Source: Chlorokybus atmophyticus
Lineage: Eukaryota; Plantae; Mesostigma and Chlorokybus algae
Assembly (NCBI GenBank): GCA_009103225.1
Contig: RHPI01001616.1
Coordinates: 560,731 to 624,730, forward strand
DNA: 64,000 nucleotides
Reading direction: 5' to 3'
Shown piece by piece: positions 1 through 13,425 of the stretch; the first letter of the stretch is position 1, and each line of letters begins with the position of its first letter. A program made the position numbers and the translations under genes. The notes beneath the pieces were generated by a model. That model ran no database searches. It had not been told where the DNA came from and saw nothing but the letters and a program-made list of their open reading frames with translations.

Positions 1-867
1 GATTGATATGGTGGGTTGCACGCACCTGGTAGACGAAGAGGTTGTCCGCCTCCTCGGGCGTCTGCTTCGCGGCGGTGGCGGTGGCGGAGGCGTGATGTGA
101 CAGGGTGGGTGCGGCGGCAGCAGCCCTGCCGTCGGCGCCTTGTAGCTGGAGTGCTTTCTTAAGACTCTGCTGGAAGCGAACGCCGACCAGCCCCGCAAAG
201 ACGCCGCCGACTTCAGCGGCCACACCACCCGCCTGAATGACAACCTAGCCATGCAAAAGCCAGCATCAAGCAACGGGAGAGTTGAGCAAAAGTACACGCA
301 CAAGTCATGCCGGCCCAGATTCGTACTACCAGAGATGGACGCCCCTACCTCCGCCTGTGCCACCGCCGCCGCCGCTTGCACGAAGGCTGCCTTCAACACA
401 CATGTCTGTGCCCTACAGTCACCAGGTTAGTACCTTGCGGGAAAGGGCCGGTGCTCCATCACAATCAGTGGCCAAGGCACCAGGCGCTTGCGGCGGCGGC
501 GGCGGTGGCACAGGCGGAGGTAGGGGCGTCCATCTCTGGTAGTACGAATCTGGGCCGGCATGACTTGTGCGTGTACTTTTGCTCAACTCTCCCGTTGCTT
601 GATGCTGGCTTTTGCATGGCTAGGTTGTCATTCAGGCGGGTGGTGTGGCCGCTGAAGTCGGCGGCGTCTTTGCGGGGCTGGTCGGCGTTCGCTTCCAGCA
701 GAGTCTTAAGAAAGCACTCCAGCTACAAGGCGCCGACGGCAGGGCTGCTGCCGCCGCACCCACCCTGTCACATCACGCCTCCGCCACCGCCACCGCCGCG
801 AAGCAGACGCCCGAGGAGGCGGACAACCTCTTCGTCTACCAGGTGCGTGCAACCCACCATATCAATC
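1..867. repeat. Long inverted repeat: arms 1-375 and 493-867, 117-nt spacer; may extend beyond the window start
   Basis: Position i pairs with 868-i at every stretch checked, e.g. 1-41 GATTGATATGGTGGGTTGCACGCACC... is the reverse complement of 827-867. Pairing stops at the (CCG)n/(CGG)n runs bordering the spacer. Confidence 0.95.
636..842 (+). CDS. Possible isolated exon of an unknown gene (AGGVAAEVGGVFAGLVGVRFQQSLKKALQLQ...EEADNLFVYQ)
   Basis: Open 207-nt segment bounded by TTCAG| and CAG|GTGCGT, phase 0 at both ends. No recognisable family. Confidence 0.25.
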
Positions 868-1774
868 GCATGCATGCACGCTTGTTGTTGTGCCGAGAGG
901 GTGGCACAGGTGCTGTAGATAGGCCTGTGTTGAAACGAACCTGCACAGCTACAACTGCACTAGTCGCATCTTGGTTTTGCAGCGACTCATGACATGCGTG
1001 ACTTTCATCCTAGAGTTTTCTACTCACTTCGTGCAGGGCTCAGCACAATGCTGTCGTACCCGTGCACTGAAGTCAGGTCATTCGATCACTCTTTTATTCG
1101 GTCATCTATCTACGCGGCCTGCACGCGTAGTTCCAGTCTGCATCACAACCCTGGCGCTCAAGTCGTTCGCGATAGTTGAAACAGTGCATGTTGTGTGCGT
1201 ACCAGTATCAAACCTTTCTAGTGCTTGCATCCGTCGTGAGATATGTGGTGCATGGCGGTAGTAGTGACACATCTTTCACTCGTAGTAGTGTTTTTCTGTT
1301 CTAGTTGCATAGCAGTGTAGAAATCTCAGGTACAGTGTGGTGGTGTCGCAGGACGATTGAATGACTCGTTTCCATCTAGCACAGAGGGTTTCAGTCTGTG
1401 TAGTGTCCACTGTGCTGTTGTTCATTCACGCACTGCAGTGCATAGTGAGATATGTAAGGGCGCGGGCAGGTGGTGAATTGTTATTTGGGCAATATAATAT
1501 GTATGTATGTGTGTCTGGTAAGGCAGGCACAAGCANGTGCTGGTGGGATGTAAATCCACACAAACGCCTAACGCTGCCCGCTTCCCCGCCCCTTATTTCC
1601 CCAGCCAAGGCCGTTGCGATCTCCTAGCTGGTAAGGCTTCAATGAGAGAGAGAGAGAGAGAGCGCAAAGCGTAATGTGCCGTGCAAGCTTGTCTCTCTTA
1701 GTGTCACTCTTCTGGCTGCAACCGTTGTGTTGTTGTCATCACACGGCTTCAGTGCACCGCCGCCGCGGTTGCTG

Positions 1775-1975
1775 CGCATGCCAACATGTGGATATAAACA
1801 TTGACCCGGCGGATATACCGGCAAACACAAGAGCGCCTTGGTGCCGGTCTGTACAGATGTGAAGGTGACCCTCGCGTTGCTAAATGCGGAGCTCGCGGCA
1901 CGCCCGCAGTACTAGTCCTTCACTTTTTCGGCCTGTCATGCATCAGGCTGCAGAACCCAGCGAAGGTGTGTTCTA
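1775..1975 (+). pseudogene. Acetolactate synthase fragment (decayed copy of the exon-4 3' part)
   Basis: GCTGCGCATGCCAACATG..GATAT..ATTGACCCGGCGGAT and GTGCCGGTCTGTACAGATGTGAAGGTGACCCTCGCGTTGCTAAATGCGGAGCTCGCG match the [35 protein letters not shown] region of the intact gene at about 16060-16260, with frameshifts and stops. Confidence 0.8.
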
Positions 1976-3998
1976 CGCCGCGGGCCACTTGTTGCCCGGC
2001 TCGCAGCAACATACATAGCATATGCACACCAAAGTACAAATACACCTACAAGCGCACAACCTCAACATGAAAACAGCACCCGCGCGAGAGCACACCCGCT
2101 GATAGATCACACAAACACACACGGTGGTGTTAGTGGTGGTGAAGGTAGAGTAGATGAGCCCGGTGGTGAGCTACTGATTGACAATGACTGCCCGCATGCT
2201 GTGTGCTCATCACATTGCTTGCATGTTCATTGCATGCGCCTTCTTACACCACATTGTATGTACACAGCCAACACCAGCACGCTTGCACACAACACATGCA
2301 CACACATGCAGCACGTACAGTGTTAGCAGTAGTAGGTAGATTGGGTAGAGTAGCCCGGTGGCGAACTACGTGGTAGTGTGAAATGTGAGTGGCATGATTG
2401 TGGGATGGTGATGGTCGCTGTGCATGAGCATATGCCACGCGCATTGTATGTACATGTGCACACAGCACAACGGACACCACACGCACCCAGCCAACATGGA
2501 CACAAACGCGACAACATAGAAAATTACAGCACACTCACGCACTCAACGCACTCATGCGCGACACGCGTTGTAGTGGCTACAGAGACATGTATTCAATTGC
2601 ATGTGCGCAAGGTTTCCATCAAGCATTCTATCACAACCATAACACTGAATTTGCATATGAGCATTGCATCAGTACAGTATGTGTTCTGAATCAGCTCGCC
2701 TTGGATCACGCGCTTTACCTTTAGGGTGTTGTGGATTGTCGTTGCTGCTGCAAGGGTGCAGCCTACATTGGCATGGCATGGTGTTGTCACTGAGTTATGA
2801 CAATGGTTGTGCTATAATTGCTATAATCTTGGTGGAAGATGCGGGAGCAGCGACTGTTGCTATCATCGTTTCTTGTTGATGATGATGTTGTCGTGGTTGC
2901 TGTTGTGTTCCTGCTGTACTCTGTTCTCGTGTTGTAAGTAAGTAAACCCCACCCCACCTCACACCACACCACACACTAGGTGCCGGAGGAGGAGCTTGTC
3001 CATGGGGCCGCTTATTTGCGATGTGAGGAACGGCCTTAAAGACAACAACACAAGCCCAAATGCTTGGCAATTTGTGTAAAACAATGTTAAAGCACATAAT
3101 CCATACACATACTACGCACAGCTGGCTTGCGCACATGCAATTATGCGGTACTGTATGTAGCTTGGTGTGACGATGTTGCTGTTAATGGAGACTAGTACTG
3201 TAGATGTATAGCCGTTTGTGCATGCGTTTAATGTATCCAGCTTAGGGACGTGCTTGTTTGCGTGCAGTTTACTTCCACAGCCACAAGAATGATGTGCACG
3301 TGTCTACCTCAACCACCGACCCACGTAAATGCACCCGCGCGCGCACATGGGGCATGTGCTCCTTGTCACGCACGCATGCATTAGGATTGGGCTATAATTC
3401 TAGCAACTACCTCATAGGCTGCACTGTCCGGTTGCTATCCGTGCGCTCATCAGACCGTACTTACCAGTGTCGCCTATCATAGCCAGCAATGCCTGGTGAG
3501 TAGGTTCCAGAGCTCATAGGCTATGTAAAAGCGCCATAGATTGCGCAGCAGTCTACGACAGTTCCAGTGGTGCTCTTGTGAGTATGCATAACACGCGTGT
3601 GCACAACAGCACGTCATATATCATGTACGCATGGTGCCCCGGCAACATGGACGCGCTCCATCTCTCTCTCGCACGCAAGCACATGTGCACGCAGGTGCTC
3701 GTACCACACACGCCCGCACGTCTCCCTCCCGTATCTTCTACCATGCTTCATTTACCACCTTCAGTGCATGCACCCGCTGCGCGCGCACGCCGCGTGTGCA
3801 TCAAGTAAGCTCCTGCCCAGCTTCTTCACCCACATCGCACGATCTCCTCGATCAGGGACGGCTCTCATGCTTGTGCGTGCATGTGACTCGCTGTTGTTAC
3901 TACTCCCATGTGTCTCACATCCAATGTTTCACTGCAATTACTGTTGGGAGGGGTGCGTATGTTCTCTCCTATGCATGTAAGTGCACCGGGGGGGGGGG

Positions 3999-4136
3999 NN
4001 NNNNNNNNNNNNNNNNNNNNNNNNNNNNNNNNNNNNNNNNNNNNNNNNNNNNNNNNNNNNNNNNNNNNNNNNNNNNNNNNNNNNNNNNNNNNNNNNNNNN
4101 NNNNNNNNNNNNNNNNNNNNNNNNNNNNNNNNNNNN
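3999..4136. other. Assembly gap (N run) flanked by poly-G
   Basis: Seen directly in the sequence. Confidence 0.99.
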
Positions 4137-4784
4137 GGGGGGGGGGGGGGGGGGGGGATTGTACAAAAGATGTTATTCCTCATAGGTTGCATGTGTTGGC
4201 AATTTGTGATGTGCTGCTGACAGACTATTGGATATGTGTGCGCTGTTGTTAGAGTGCATGCTGTGCGACACAACATATGTGTAGTGAGCTGGTTGCCGGC
4301 GGCAAGCCGAGCACTCCATGTCAATTCTATTTTGTCGATGTCTGATTAAACTGTTACAGCAATCCCAAATGTGCAGAACAGTTGACATTGTGTCTGAAGC
4401 TGCTGCAGAGGAAGCCGCACACGAGGCCGCCAGTAAGGCACCACCAACAACAGCAGCTGCAAATGGAAAGAACAGCAATCACGAGCAAGCACATGCGCCC
4501 AACAACATAACAACATCAGATGACTCGCACAGCCACACATGCGCAGCGACTCTGTTGCATCCAAAGCGAGTTCATCACACAACCCTTTTACCTCCTGCTA
4601 ATGCGCCCCACTATTGGGTTCGAACCGAACGGACACAAACACACAGTCACAGTCACAGCTCAGGCATTTGTGTAGGAACGCACGGTGTGGGCAATTCCTG
4701 CTTGAAAAACGACAAAAAGAAATTGATGAGCATGTCTTAACCACATTTGCATGGAGCAATGGATAGCATAACGTAACAACCGCT

Positions 4785-5445
4785 CTATTACCTGGTGATG
4801 CATGATGACACCGCCGTCACCATCGATGTCAATGACAAGCTTGTCAGGGCAAGCCGCCTGTGCACCCAAGGCAGACGGCAACCCAGCGCTCAGCAAGAGC
4901 CCAATCCGCCAGAGCTAGTCCACCGTCTGAAAAGGCATCGTATGTGTACCTGCACCACGGCATAGACGTCGTTGCGCTGCCACCAAGTCCACCCGAAACC
5001 AACCAAAAACCCAGGAAGCTTGCACACGTGGCATGTATCGAGGTGTACCATTGCACTGCCCACATGTGGTGCTGTCTCACCCCCGTTGTGATGACCGCCT
5101 CTCTCCTTCGTCAGCTCACACCTCACAGACTCGCTGAATGGCGTATTGTGGCATGATCATGTCATTGTCGCGTAGCAGGAACTGCAAGCACTTTTTTGTT
5201 GTTGACAGAGCTGGCAACAAGTGGCCCGCAGCGCAGAACACACCTTGATTGGGTTCTGCAGCCTGATGTTGTCTACTTCTGCATGCCAGGATGAGAAATC
5301 AAAGGAGGGGTTTGCTGGTGAGGCGCGAGCTTCGCATTCAGCAATGCAAGGGTCACCTTCACATCTGCACAGACCGGCACTAAGGCGCGCTTGCTTTTGC
5401 CAATCTCTGCTGGGTCAATATCCCGTGCGGTCCACAAACTTGCGC
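4785..5445 (-). pseudogene. Acetolactate synthase partial duplicate with introns retained
   Basis: Colinear with intact ALS exons 4-6 and their introns: [42 protein letters not shown]. The ThDP-binding motif DGDGSFIMN has decayed to DGDGGVIMHH. About 200 nt of exon 4 is deleted and there are frameshifts. Confidence 0.9.
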
Positions 5446-5657
5446 ATGTCACAAGAAACAGATACCTGCAATGCAATCAAACTCTTCCAGCTTAGCATGC
5501 TTTTCTGCGTCCTGCAATACGTGTGTAAACGTGTGTGCATGCGCTCGCGCGTGTATGTGGACGATTGTGTTTGGGTGTGCGCGCCCATGTTCATGTGCGT
5601 CCAACAACATGTGCGCACAACTATAAAAAGTGATGTGTGCCATGACCTCACCTTTAT

Positions 5658-7749
5658 TCACAAGGTGCTGTTCGGGAGGTGATGATGTTGAGGATGCGAC
5701 GACGAGGCCACGGGCTCAGACGGGATCATCCCCAGACGAACCCACATCTCGCGAACGGCAGGAGTCTGCGGCTCAGGCAATGGCGGACCACAACCTGTAT
5801 ACATGTATATGTGTGCGTGAGCATGTTGTGTCAGTCTCACACGAGCTGAATGGCCGACCGAACTGATGAGAGTGAAGAGAGTGTATGTGTGCTTTTGTAC
5901 ACATGCGTACATGTGTGTATGTGCATTTTGTTGCGGTGTTACCCACCTGGTGGGAAGTTGGTGTTAACATTAGGTCCGCGGACAGCACGTACAGCGGCAT
6001 CATACACGGCAGCAGCCTCCTCTGCCGACCCGTATGTGCCAAGCCACACGCGCCTCTGACCGCGTATCTCCGCCGACCACTGCGCAAGAAGAAGACAACA
6101 CAACATCAGTCACATTGATCATGTTTTCAATGACACAAACACCAAAACAGTGTCAATGACCAGCCACTTACCCTTCCACATCGCCGTTGTCTGATGCCTC
6201 TATACCGTCCATTGCGGGCGGATCCGACACCCATGTGACCAATGTTGTTGAGACTGTTGTTACTATTGATGCTGGTGTTGTGGGTGTTGTTGAAAGTGTT
6301 GTTGTTGCTGCTGGGAGGAGGAGGAGCAGTGTGGCTGTTCAGCACACTATGCATCATCAACGCCGCGTTGGTGTGGCCGTCGCCTCTCCGCATGGACATA
6401 TTCCACAGGTACTGCACGTGCGTGGCACAAAACCTGCAAACAGAGAAACATACACAGTACTTGCACGTGTCGACCAATGACAACGACAATACCAGTAGCT
6501 GCGATACCGAGAGTGATACAACACTGACAATGCCAACATCAACAATTATACGCAACAATGCACCCACACGCGCGCACATGTGCACGTGCGTGCCACCGCA
6601 CACACATGCAACTGTTGTGACAGCACACAACAGCACCACAACAACAATAACATCCAGAAACAAGTCAACTCACCTTATGTCTTCCTCTTGCATTGACACC
6701 GCTGCTCTGCACCTCACTCGTGCATTTCCTTCATCCGACACAAAGTCGCACTGCCTGTACGGCGCATTGCCATCTTGCAGTATGTGTTTCAGGCAGTACG
6801 CGTGGGGTTCGAGACACAACTTCCTGCATCTTGTTGCTGCGGATGAGCAAAGGAGCCTCCCTTCCAAGTCGTAATGAGTCCTTGGCATGCGGGTACCGTT
6901 GTGTTGGTGGGGCTGGTGGGAGTTGCTAGTTGTGGTGGTGGTGGGGGAGGTGGTGTTGCTGCTGGGACTGTTGGTGTTGTTGCTGGTGTTGTTGCTGTTG
7001 GTGTGGTTGGTGTTGGGGATGCTCAGCTGCTGGTACTGCCTTTGGTGCCTGGCTGAGGTGCTTTCGCTGTTCCTTCTCGGCCGTGTGGGGTTACTGTTGT
7101 TGTTGCTGCTGTTGCCATTGTTGCTGTTGTTGCTGTTGTCCGTGCTACTGTTGTTCTGTGGCACCTGACCTTGTTGTCCTGGTTGTTGTTGTTGTTGCTG
7201 CTGCTGTTGTTGCATCTGAGCAGCATTGTAATCTCGCTCCCTATACTTGCGGTTGTACAGCCAACTTTGCACATTCATCTCCGTGATGGTGGCAGGAGGG
7301 TGGTTGTTGTTGTTGTTGCTGTTTGCACCAGCCTTATTGCTGTTGCTTGCTGAGGCCGATAAGCACAATGCAGTCAGCCCTGGCATCACCTTTCTCACAA
7401 CATCCTTAACACGCAGCTCGCCAGTCTCAGCCACATACGCCTTTGTGAAAGCCTCCTCAAGAACCTACACAACAACAACCACCATGAGCATGACAACAAG
7501 GATGGGAGTGTGGGTATGTGTGTGGGGGAAAGATACCTCAAGTTGTTCAAATGAAGGCATCCATTTTGGTTTGGATGCTGGGCGGGAGGAAGGAGCGAGC
7601 ACGGGGCTGTTGTTGTGGTTGTAAGGGTTGGAGTTGGTGTAGCTGGCGTAGTTTCTGTGGGGGTTGTTGTGGTGGTGATGGTTCATGGGGATGTGGCTAC
7701 TGGCGTTGCTGGTGTTGGTGTTGAGGTGGGCGGCTGAGCCGTCGTCCAT
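5658..7749 (-). CDS. Multi-domain transcription factor: WOX-like homeodomain + zf-C3Hc3H (KANSL2/INO80D type) + AP2/ERF; about 511 aa, 5 exons (7749-7537, 7464-6674, 6433-6172, 6079-5947, 5794-5658)
   Basis: All junctions are GT-AG and phase-consistent. Homeodomain: [12 protein letters not shown]|VLEEAF...[18 protein letters not shown]. Zinc finger: [38 protein letters not shown]...RCRAAV...IR|FCATH. AP2: [12 protein letters not shown]|[43 protein letters not shown]. Confidence 0.88.
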
Positions 7750-7935
7750 GGTGGTCGTCGTTGTCCCCAGTTCACGACAGCACGCCTCTCGAGTTCTTTC
7801 AGCTATGGCAGCACGGCGTCCCCCAACATTTAATGCAATCGCTGTTGAACCAAAGAGTGAGACAGAAGGCGGAAAGAATTAAGTGGGGTGTTCAAGGGTG
7901 GTATGTCGAATCTGACACGCACGCATGCACGCACG

Positions 7936-8459
<524 letters not shown>

Positions 8460-9409
8460 CACACAGCTGCATTTTGCAGTACATGCCGAGGCGTCTGCTA
8501 GCACCAAGGTAGACGAGCGCTTCTCATGCACGCACGTACATGCGTTGAATGCTGTTGACTTACGACTTACATGTAGCTTATGGTTGTATGCTATGTGGCC
8601 GTATACTACAACTGACAGTAGTAGCAGTAGTGCATGCGGTACACTTCAAAGTGCAAACTTTTATCCCAGAGCGAGGGGGACAACTTGATGAGAGTGTGTA
8701 TTTCGGATATTTGTGTTGATCTGCAGGGTCGATAGAGATTGTTTCTATAATGCGGGCGTTGGACACATTCACGTCATACCAAACGTTGATACATGCATGC
8801 ATGTATGCACTTCGCACTGCATGCAGACGTAGTAGCGGGACATTAAACTTGTCAACGACGGGGACGCGCTAGACAGTGCCTACTCTCACACACACCATTT
8901 TCATGAACAAGTTGTATACACGTGTTTCATATAACAATATCACTTCAGGCAATTCTCCTCTGGACCAAGACAACGCAATGACCGGTGCTGGCCATTGAGA
9001 TGGGCAAGTGTTACAGCACTTGCATATGCATATGGTAACCTTGACACTGCATTGTGTCGGTTGCTTAGATGTCACCACAGAAGTTAGTGCTGAAACGGAA
9101 AACAAAACATATATGACAAAATGCGATGATGAAGGCATTACATGGGAGCATGTGTCTGTCCGATGGTTGCAGCGATAAAAAGCGAGTAATTTGGAGAGGA
9201 ATCAGCAAAGGACATGTGGCGCACTTTGCTCATCTGATTTACCGTTTAGAAAGCCACAACGCTCATGGCTTGAGGCATGAGGGCGGAGGGGTAGCACTTG
9301 GGTGACATTCCACCATGGCGCTGGTCCGAGACAGCAGCATTGCTTGCCCCCGCTCTCCCAGTTTTCCAGCACAAGGGCTATAGCAGATCCACACCAGCAC
9401 CAGGCCAAC

Positions 9410-10220
9410 CTCCTCCTCCCGCCGCCGCCGCCGCCGCCGCCGCCGCTCCTGTATGCACAAACCTTGTTGGGGCCATTGCGGCCAAGGTGCAAAAGCAGGT
9501 AGTCTCAGACGTCGGTGCAGGCGGTGGCAGCCAAGGTGGTGGCGGAGGCGTCTATTTCTGGTACGGCTAGCTACTATCTTCCCGGCTGTTATGCTTGGGC
9601 ACCTACTTTATTAACGTCTAGCGCTTGAAGCTGGCTCTGGTGTGGGCTTTGAAAGCTTCACGCTTCCATCTGGACTTCCAGGCCTCTTGCAGGCGCAAGG
9701 AGCACGACCAAGGCGACGGCCAAACCCCTGCTTCTAGCAATTGCATGCAATCCACCATACCATAAGCATGCATGCAATAGCTCTCTTGCATGCAAGCTTG
9801 TTGTTGTCCGAGAGGCTGGCACAGGGTGGTGGTTGCAACTAAGCTTGGGTTCAGTTCAGTCAGCAAAGCAACGTGCATAAGTACCTACCGCATTATTGTC
9901 GGAAATTGGTTTGGCAGCTCATCTGGCATGGAACTTCACTCTACATGTCACTCAGTTTTGGGGGAGGGGTTTGTCGTAGAAATTTGCTCCTGACCATGGT
10001 ATGTATAGGTCAGGTTCGTTCATCCATGCTACATCCGGTCTGCAAGAGTGACACTAGTCTGCATCCTATAACTAGCATTGGAGTCCTCTACGCTAGTTGA
10101 AAGAGCGCAGGTTGTAAGATACAAATCTTCGTGCTGCATGGTAATGGACCACTTGTGTTACTGTTGGTTCTTTTCGTCTCAAGCGCATAGCAGTGTAGAG
10201 CGCCTGTCGTGTGGTGATAT
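9410..10220 (+). pseudogene. Degenerate paralogue of segment about 360-1330
   Basis: Shared blocks in the same order: (CCG)n, GGCGTC(C/T)AT(C/T)TCTGGTA, CATGCA(C/A)GCTTGTTGTTGT.CCGAGAGG.TGGCACAGG, GCATAGCAGTGTAGA. Confidence 0.6.
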
Positions 10221-12991
10221 CACAGGACATCACAGGACAGGACAGGAAACTCTTGTACATCAGCAAACAGATAAAGCAAACCAGTTTGAATGTATGTGTG
10301 TAAAGTGGACACACATGCACGCGCACGTGCGCAAGTGCGAGAGCATTCGCAAGCGTGTGCATGCGTGTATGACCGCGAGAGACAGAGTTCACCTGGTTAG
10401 CTAACTAGTTGCCCTCTTGCTCCCTCCACTCTCTCACATGTCAGTGATGTTGTGCGTGCACGCGTCATTCCATCCAACATAATGGCGGCTAGGACGCTGC
10501 GTGCTTGCCTGCAGTGCCTCATAATGAAAGCAAGGGCTGGCTGGCATGCGCCAACAGCAACGTCATACAGCCGCAATATCCTTAACTCACATTTACATGT
10601 TGGGTACAAATGGCAAAAGGGATTGGTAGCAGGCGCGCAGGCTGATGCCGGGTTGCCACAGCCAAGGTAAATTGCTGCATTGTTTCTCCAACAACCAACC
10701 ATTGTTGAGTGGTGACATGTATGCACAGGGGCACAAAGGTAGTCCTTTAGGGAAGAAGGCAATGGCCCACAGCTTCAGCTTTGAAGGTGACAATTACAAA
10801 CAATGGCACAGTTACGGACGTGTGCATTGCTGCTGTGAACGGAACGTTTCTGAAGCACGATGACATTGTAATATTGGAGGAAAGGTGCTCTCTACCGCTA
10901 TTTCATAAATTTATGCAGATGGGTGCATGTTTTGCACATGACTGGCATTGTAATGGTTTGTCACTCGCGCCTTAGGCTTTTAACGATAAGAGTGCAGCAG
11001 TGCAGCACGCCACGCCAGTCAAGATACTATTGGACCAAGGTATACTCGTGCTGCACTATAGAGTTTCCACAACATGCACGCTGCTTGTACATATGATTAC
11101 TAGCTTGCACACAAGCTTTTATTATCATATTGTATGTTATGCTTAGGCAATCAGCAAAGGCCCATCCTAGTTCAAGGCCCTCAGTTTCGTATGAAAGCTT
11201 GTGCATATGAGACGAGAAGGGTTTAACTATTAAAAAGATTGCTTCGCGACGTCAGTTGACAGAGTTTTTTGAGCTCAAGGGCTGGAGTGGCATTGTTAAG
11301 ATGCGCGTTGAAGTGCCTATATATACTCCAAACTATATAGTCTCTTTTAAATTGGAGTTGCTCGACGAGTCGAAGGACTATATAGGTGTTACGGCAGCTG
11401 TTACGGGAGCTGGGCGTAATACATAAGAATAGAAATAGCCATAACTACTAACATGGTCTTTTATGGCTTATATGGCCGGACGCTTATCGTAACAATGGGC
11501 AACATTCCCGATGCAACAGTATCAAAGAAGGCTCCACGCACCCTCGACCAGCACATGGCTCACATCACGGGTAACATCAACATTGCAACTCACAGAGCAC
11601 ATTGAGAGCTGTCCCGACGCATTGTGCTGAAGTCGTGGGTAAGGACAATATCTTTTACGCCAAATGGAGAGAGGTGGCAACCTCCTTGCAGAGATTAACG
11701 GATTGTCGCTCCTTGACAAGTTCCAACACCAACGCTTAAACGGCTCTGCAGTACTACTTATTATGAAGACACGAAATTTCCCTGTGCGTCAGGACGTTGT
11801 AAACTTGACCAGCAATGTTACAACCTTCACGACCTAGCATGTGGAAGCTTCTCCAGCCAACATAGCGCGGACAAATGTTCTTGGACTACGTATCTCCACA
11901 CATAAAATGTTTTGTAAACAAGCCGTGTTGTCTAGCCTTTATTTATGTAATTAAGGTGGACATACTTGTGCAGTACAGCAATGTCTATCAAGATGCTGAG
12001 GAGCTTGTTGCTCACAGTATAAGACTGCAAGCAAACGTGGGTAAATATGTTGGCGTAAGGGCCTGCTGATGTGTTGGTTTCGTATTCTTAAACACTATTA
12101 TTGTCGATGGTTTGCAGTGCCATTCTTGGTGACGCAACGACTACATCCGGGCATCTTGGAGGAGCACTTGCATGAGCGGCGCGGGGTGCTTCGAGGTGTT
12201 GGCAGTGGTAGTCGGATGGATATCCTATGATTTAGCCTGCCACATCAGGTAAAGTTGGTAATGCCAATGACAACATGTTCATTGAGGCCTATCAGAGGCA
12301 ACTAATGATTGCCTCTCCGACAACTCGGAGACCATCAATAGTTGTCTCTGCGTTAAGTGGTGTGTCACTCTGACTGCAATGCATTCTGCGGGCTGGTTGT
12401 GGTGCAAGCCCTTCTTTTGCATGGTGTGCGCGTCATAGGGATTGAAGGGTGTGGTGCGTGTCTTTAACCACCCATTGATTGGTAGTTGTATGTGTGTGTT
12501 GACGCTTGCATACGCGATGTCCGTCACATGGTTTGTGATGTTTCGATGTGCCATAAGCCCAGTATTTTCTTGACCTTATGCTCTGGTAAGAGTGTTTCGT
12601 GTCCTGCAAATGCATGTACATGCATAACTGATGGCTTGATGATGATGTGATGGTTTTTCAACTGCACAGCCACAAAGCTTCTCGCCTCGGGCACATGCAG
12701 CAATAATGGTTGTATTAAGCGCCAATCATACTTTCGCATGTATCCCAAGACATAACGCTGGGATGGATGTTGGTAATGCGTGCGCATGCATCAATCTGCA
12801 TGCTTGTCTACATCACGCAAAGTGCAAAGTTCAAGCTGCATCAGAGGTGCGCGGCACCTCAGGCTCTGTTCTCCCTCCTTAACGACCTCAAGCTCCTGCC
12901 CATGCCAGGACATTAAGATCTGACCACACCTCGCTCTCTATAAAGGTGTGAGTGCTTTAACTATCGTTCCTGGCACTCAACCATCCCATCT

Positions 12992-13425
<434 letters not shown>

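Noticed and set aside
11480-12800. Degenerate coding-like sequence
   Set aside because: No motif could be recognised in any frame.
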